DNA of 64,000 nt, from the NCBI GenBank assembly GCA_965178125.1, contig OZ237736.1, positions 744,001 through 808,000 on the forward strand. Reading direction: 5' to 3'. A model generated the notes under the pieces. That model saw nothing but the letters and a program-made list of their open reading frames with translations. It made no database searches and was not told where the DNA came from. Position numbers and translations under genes: made by a program. Numbering within the stretch: position 1 is the first letter of the stretch; each line of letters opens with the position of its first letter. This stretch comes from Bilabrum cf. latius. Its lineage: Eukaryota. Below are positions 58,449 through 64,000 of this stretch, piece by piece.

Positions 58449-61400
58449 ATGTCGGAACTCGATCGGGCTTCCCAGGGTGAAAGCAGCCCACCAAGAACGG
58501 CTACACGGCAACTGGAGGACTTTTTGTAGAACGAAGAAGACAGCGGCGTAGATGATATCGGTATTGACAATGATAGTATTGAAGGGAGCGACATGTAGAG
58601 CGAGCCGGAGGGTGAAGGCACCTAGGGTGGGCATGTAGACCGCCTCCAAGAGTTGCTCGAGGATACCCAAGCTTTTGGCGGCAGCAGGTAGCAAGTGCCC
58701 GAGTCGACCGCATTTGGCGCTGGTGGAATCAATATATCTGCTGCGACTAGTGCGTCGGAGCTAGACCGGTCTGGAGCTCGTGAGAACGAAGAAACTCCGT
58801 CGCCGGGTCACACGAGCGGGCTTCGGCGCGGCCACGATTCCTGGATCTCACCAGACGGCCACGGAGGTATCAGCATCGGTCGCAGGCTTGAAACTCCCCC
58901 ATCAGACGCAAAGAAGGCAGGCCAGGCTGCCCTGGCAGCAAGCACCGCCGAACCGTAGCAATCGGCGGCTGCAAATCCACCTTCGCCACCTGCAGGGGAG
59001 GTTCGGGACTTTGGCGAATTGAAGGGAAATTCTCCGATGGAAACCAGCGACCAAGCTCCCCCGGCAGCCAGCGATCGGGCCGATTCCCATGCCTTGAAGA
59101 ACGACGGAGCGACGATCGGCGGGAGTGGTCATGAGCTGGAGGGGCTGCTCTCGACGCTCGAGCACACGGCCAGGGGGCTGGATGGCGAGGGCGGCGGGCA
59201 GGGTGAGTGGGGTGACGGCCTCGCCGAAGGGCAGGAGGAATCATCGTCAGATAGCACGGGTGGAAGAACTGGCCGCACCGGCAGTCGTGACTAGTAGCCC
59301 GTCTCGCAACCGATCGGCGAGTCCGCCGCAGCTGTGAGCCTATCTGCTGTCACCCACGACACGGCAGGCTCGGGCAATGCAGCGGGGACACGCCATGCCG
59401 GTGCCGGTGCCGGTGCCGGTGCCGGTGCCGGTGCCGGTGCACCTGTCCCCTCGTCCTCTCCCTCCCACAGGCGGCTGCGGGTCTCAAGGTCTGTGTGGCT
59501 GCAGGCCCAGCAAGTGGCCAGCTCGGTGGGGGTGACGGTCCTGAGGGGAGTGAGGCCAGGCACGCCCACTTCGGCGGGTACGCCTGCCGACGTCGTGTCT
59601 GTGCCGGAATCGGCGGTACTCAACGCATTCCAGCGTCTCTCCACGGAGATTTAGGAAGCTCGCCGACGAGCCGCCGCTGCTCGGATCGCGGGCGACAGCG
59701 AAGGAGCCAGCGGGGGGACACCGAGAAGGCACCGGCTGTCCCAGTCCATGCGATCCACGCCGGGCACTCGAGGCAGCAGGAGCGAGAGAGAGGCTGCGAG
59801 CGAGCTGGCTGCTCTGCGGCGGCGACTCGACGAGGCGCACGATAAGCTGAACGCGCAGGTCTCGAAGAGAAAGGCACTGGAGCGGGAGCTCAAGATCAAG
59901 GACGCGGCGGCAGGCAAGACGAAGAAAGCCGCCGAGTAGTCCACCTCACGGGCTAATGCCAGGGTCCGCGCCATCTAGCAGCAGATGCAGGCGGCAAAGG
60001 AGGAGTCGCAGCGCATGGTAGACAGGGCAGTGCGCCTGGCCAAGGAGGCCAACTCGAAGGCCAGCAAGGCGGCCGCCAGCACCGCACAAGAAACGGATCG
60101 CGCGGATCGGGCGGAGGCCGCGCTGGCCCATCTGCGCCAGTCGGCTCGTCGGAGCGGTGCCGCTGGGGCAGCATCGTCAGGATCAGACGCCGATGGCCAT
60201 CGGTCGTCGGAAGCAGCAGGAGAAGCAGGTTCCGCTGACGGGCCTGTCACGCCAACCCGTGCCGGCGGCAGCGGAAGCGGCCCGCCCGGCATGTCTGGCT
60301 CGCCGTCGAGCCGCACACCGCCGGGGCACTCCCCCCTGCGCCCGGCAGGCCCGTCTGCAGGCGGCCTTGCTCCGGCCCAGCAGCACGGTGAGCTGATTGC
60401 AGCGGAGCGTCGGCTGCGCGAGACGATGGATCTGCTCAAGGACGCTGAGAGAAGGGCAGCGATGGCGGAAGGCGAGCTCAAGGAGGTGCGCACTGACATG
60501 GAAGACCTCAGGAAGCAGCACAGGAACGAGACCAGAGAGCTGCAGAGGCAGCTGCAGCAGTCCAAGGAGAAGAAGGAAGTGGCCAGGCTCCGTGGCCTGC
60601 TGGCTGCTGCGGAGAGGGGCGAGGAAGAGGCAAAGCAGAGGCTGGCGAGGGAACAGAATACCGCTCGTGATGATGCCGCGGACCTCAGGGAACAGCTCAG
60701 AGCCGCCATGAAGGAGCTGCGCGAGCTGAGAGAAAAGCGAGTAGCTATGGACGGCGGTGCCACAGGCGCCGAGCCGTCGCCTGCGGGCAAGGGTGCTGGT
60801 GACGAGCCCTTGTAGGCACCAGTCGCAATGCAAGACGGCGCCATGCTGCCCCCTTCCGACGCCCAGGTGCTCCGTCGCCGCGCCGAGGATGCCGAGGGCC
60901 GGGCGCTCGCCGCGCAGCGAGACAGGGATGATCTCAGGGAACAGGCACTCAAGGATGCCGAGGCCCTGCGGCAGCGGATCCAGGACCTCGAGCGGGCCGG
61001 GCGGCTGCTGCACAAGGAGCAGGACACGTCTCACGCCAGGGAACGGCGGCTTAGGGAGCTGACCGCCGAGCTGGTGCAAGCCAAGTCCCAGGCGAACGAG
61101 ACGGAGCACCGCATGCAGCTGCAGGTAGACGACCTCAAGAAGCGCCTCAGGGAGGCGCAGGCAGAGGGCGCCAGGCAGGGTCCTCGCAGCGCTGCCTCCG
61201 CCGAGTATGTTGCGGAGCTCAGGCTCCAGGCCAAGGACGCCGATCGGCGAGCGGGACAGGAGGCCCGGAGGGCGGAGGCAGCGGCGTCCGAGCTGCGCGA
61301 GGCGAAGGACAGGGCGCGCACACAGGTCGCTGAGCTGCAGGAGAGGCTCAAGTCCGCGCAGAGGAAGGCGCGGCAGATGCAGCATGAGGCGGAAGGGGCC

Positions 61401-63395
61401 AGCAAGAAGCTGGAGCAGGAGGTGCAGCGGCAGGTCAGGCAGAAGGAGAGGGAGGTGCGCGTGTTCCGAGAGGTCAGCGGCAGGGCACTGAACGCGACGA
61501 GACCGCAGGACCAGGAGCTCCTCGCCGTGGTGCGCGTGCTTGAGGGAAGGGCCAGCGGGCTGGAGCGGGAGGTGGGGGGTCTCCGGGAGCAGCGCGATGT
61601 GATCGCCAAGGCCCTCAGCAAGGCGTGCGCGGGTCTTCGCGGCGCCGGGCAGGACGCGCTCGCGGTGGAGGTGCAGATGGCAGTCAGGCGAGCTCAGTTT
61701 GCCGCTGCGGGAGGCTCGCGCCATTCAGCGGGGGATGCTGGCAAGGGCGGGGCAAAGGGCGGGGCAATCGGCGGCTCCACCGGCGGCTGGGACGTGCAGG
61801 ACGTGCGAATCGACGCGGTGCGCGAGCGGCTGGCGGCGGAGCAGGAGGGCATGCGGGACCGCGAGGAGGCGCACGAGGCAGCCAGGGAACACGCCACGGA
61901 GCTGGCCGCCTCGCTGGCCGAGGAGGTTAAGCGTCTGGAAACAGAGCTGGCGGAGGTGAAGGGCGAGAGAGATGCACTCCGAGTTGACCTTGGCGCGCGG
62001 CCCTCTGTCCGTCAGTGGAGGGACTCGAGGCGGCAGGTGGAGGAGCTCGAGAGGAGGGTCGAGGCAGCCATGGACCTGGGCGTGACCGTGGAGCAGCTGG
62101 ATGTGAGGTCCAGGGACCTCACTGCAGAAGAGAAGGCGAGGAGGAGGCAGACGCCGACCGCGGTCCTGGCCCGGTCGGACCGCCTGGCGCACAGGCTCGG
62201 CCTGCAGGTGATCGACGCGCTGCCGAGGGACGTGTGCACGGGAATCCTGAGGGAGATCTGCGTGGCGCTGGAACTGTCGGACCCTTACGCGGCTGCCGCG
62301 GGCGTCCGCACCTTGGCGCGTGTGGTGCATGGCCTGCCTCCAGTGGAGGCGTTTCTCTCTGATGCGGTCGAAACCATCTGCGAGGCCACATACGGGCTGC
62401 CTCAGTTTGATGGGGACAGGGCCAGGGGGGCCGAAGCGGGCGCACAGGGCGGCAGCGGGGCAAGTGTCCCGCCGATGCTGCGGGGAGAAGCGCTGGCTGC
62501 GGTCCTGCGGCGCCTGCAGTACATGTGTGACGAGTGCAATCGGTGCGGGGAGCTGCTGCAGCTGCGGCGGCAAGTGGAGCGGGAGCTAGGCGCGAGGGAC
62601 AGAGCTGCCGTGGAGCGGCTCAGTGATATGGACAGGGCCAGAGATGGAGGTGTGGCGAGTGATGGTGTGACGAGTGCGGATGGGTTCACCGATGCTGGGA
62701 TCGTCAAGGCTGTGCGGGGGCTAGTCAGGCTAGAATCAGCTGCGAGCCAACACGGCGCTGTGTACGAAGCGGCAGAGGCGGCGCAGCGGGGCGACCGGAG
62801 CGTGCTGAGCAGCATCGTGAGGCATTACCAGGACCTGTTTGAGGTGCCGAACCTGCAAGGAACGTTCGCCAGCATGTCTCAGCTTCGCTCTGCTGCTTCG
62901 GAGCACACGGCCCTCATGGCTTCACTCCGCGTGGAGCTGGGTCTCCGCGCGGGCGCTGGGGTGGGCCCTGGGTCCGTGGTGGCGGCTGTCCGGCAGCTGA
63001 AGAAAGAGGTCGCGAGAAGCTCTGCAGCGGATGCTGGCGCTGCTGCCGGGGCTCTGTATGCCCTGGCTGGGTCTAAGAGGGCCAGGGGCGCGAGTGGGGC
63101 CGCCAGTGTTCTCCGGGGGGAGGTGCCTGGTCGTGCGCAGGGCAAGGGCACGGGCCAGGGCCAGGAGGCCGGTGCGAAGGGTGGCGTGGTTCGGTCTTCC
63201 GTGGGGGGACTTTCGGCTGCCAGGGGTGAAGATGGAGTGAGAGATGTTTAGGAGGATCGGGTGATGGACGGTGCGGGTAAGGTCGAGCACGGGGCAGCAG
63301 TGTCATCTGATGAGGCTGCTCGTCTTGGCGAGGGTGCTGCGGGCGGTGTTGTTGTGAGCACGGTGCGGGATGCAGCATCTGCTGTTACTGGGTAA
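58449..63395 (+). CDS. 1,648-aa coiled-coil protein with CEP70-like C-terminus
   Basis: One frame with 12 TAGs, including tandem TAG-TAG at 59292. Long heptad-like regions; IVRHYQDLFEVPNLQGTFASMSQL resembles the CEP70 C-terminal motif. Ends TAA. Confidence 0.75.
59397..59438 (+). repeat. (GCCGGT)x7 coding microsatellite (Ala-Gly run)
   Basis: Directly visible. Confidence 0.95.
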
Positions 63396-63573
63396 TGTTG
63401 TGAGTCTGGAAATCTTTGATGTTCTCTGTACAAAATGCACCATGGCAAAAATGCGCGGCGCCTAGTAGTACCGGCGGCCAGCAGTAATGCCGTGCGGAGC
63501 CGGACCGAGTGCCAAGGCAACTAGGCCACTCGCTTGCTGCAGGCTCAATCAGGCCTGATACCTACTTGCAAGT

Positions 63574-64000
63574 ATGAGTTCATAGAAGCCCAAAGACTCT
63601 CGCGCAGGCGCGGGTGCATAGGTTGCGCAAAGTAGTCGATCCAAAAAGAAGGTTGCTTCGTTTCCCGCGGCGGCTTTTGACGAACTGGCAGAGCAGCTTG
63701 CTGCTGCAGGATTGATCCGGGCAGAAATAAGATCTCGATTTAAAACGTATCGGGATGCCACGCGCGGCTCGGATGTGGTAGCTTGGCTGCTGGGCCGATA
63801 TGGAGGCCCTGGCGGTCTGTTGCGATCAAGAGGAGCAGCATGCCGCCTCGTGCTAGAGTTGATCCGGCGATCCACGCTAATTCCAGTAGGGGGAAAGATT
63901 ATTGCTTCGGCATCGGCTATTGATAGCGAAGACACAATCATGCGCCTATCAGAGAAATTCGCTCATTTCAGGAAGCAATCCGACGTGTCTTCCATCGTCT
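63574..64000 (+). CDS. DEP-domain-containing protein, 5' part only
   Basis: MSS*KPKDSRAGAGA*VAQ...IRSRFKTYRDATRGSDVVAWLL...SRGAACRLVLELIRRSTLIPV fits the DEP pattern. Frame is open to the window end. Confidence 0.65.

Noticed and set aside
60183-61724. Long antisense and alternative-frame ORFs (e.g. 60183-61724, 9306-10343, 24666-25736, 45468-46481)
   Set aside because: Shadow ORFs expected from high GC3 opposite real genes; no recognisable domains.
1-64000. Mass pseudogenisation or RIP-like C>T mutation as the source of in-frame stops
   Set aside because: The interruptions are only TAG. There are no internal TAA (from CAA) or TGA (from CGA/TGG), no frameshifts, and catalytic motifs are intact.
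1-64000. Ciliate-type code with both TAA and TAG = Gln
   Set aside because: No internal TAA was needed in any model, and TAA appears at plausible gene ends (9120, 32661, 63393).
1-64000. TAG as pyrrolysine, or A-to-I edited to Trp
   Set aside because: TAG is too frequent and lies in Gln-like, coiled-coil and disordered contexts, not at conserved Trp or catalytic positions. U-to-C editing cannot be excluded without RNA data but is less parsimonious.
1-64000. Suppressor tRNA(CUA), eRF1 gene, transposon or endogenous virus in the window
   Set aside because: No cloverleaf, eRF1 motif, transposase, integrase, capsid gene or terminal repeats recognised by eye. A tRNAscan-SE run is still advisable.

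Overview
Compact, GC-rich nuclear DNA from a flagellated unicellular eukaryote (NEK kinase, BBS5, CEP70-like, short GT-AG introns). A stramenopile such as a bicosoecid is a weak guess from protein style only. The dominant signal is a non-standard genetic code. Almost every gene is split in the ORF track by in-frame TAG codons (about 117 by manual count, in 21 of 22 gene models), and the fragments join in frame. No internal TAA or TGA is needed, and the 20 complete models end in TGA (17) or TAA (3). TAG falls at positions where Gln is expected (UBR-box Q, YNQNF, cadherin TGQL, Gln-rich runs), so the code is most likely UAG=Gln with UAA/UGA still acting as stops. Re-reading with this code gives 22 gene models, some nearly invisible in the ORF track (Pcc1, a Cyc8/Ssn6-like TPR gene, a DEP-domain gene). 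It also gives a ~4,700-aa multidomain membrane protein, an acylated cNMP-kinase and a 1,447-aa UBR7-like protein. A structured non-coding block with a duplicated palindromic motif lies at about 32.0-32.6 kb. All family assignments come from motif recognition by eye, not database searches.
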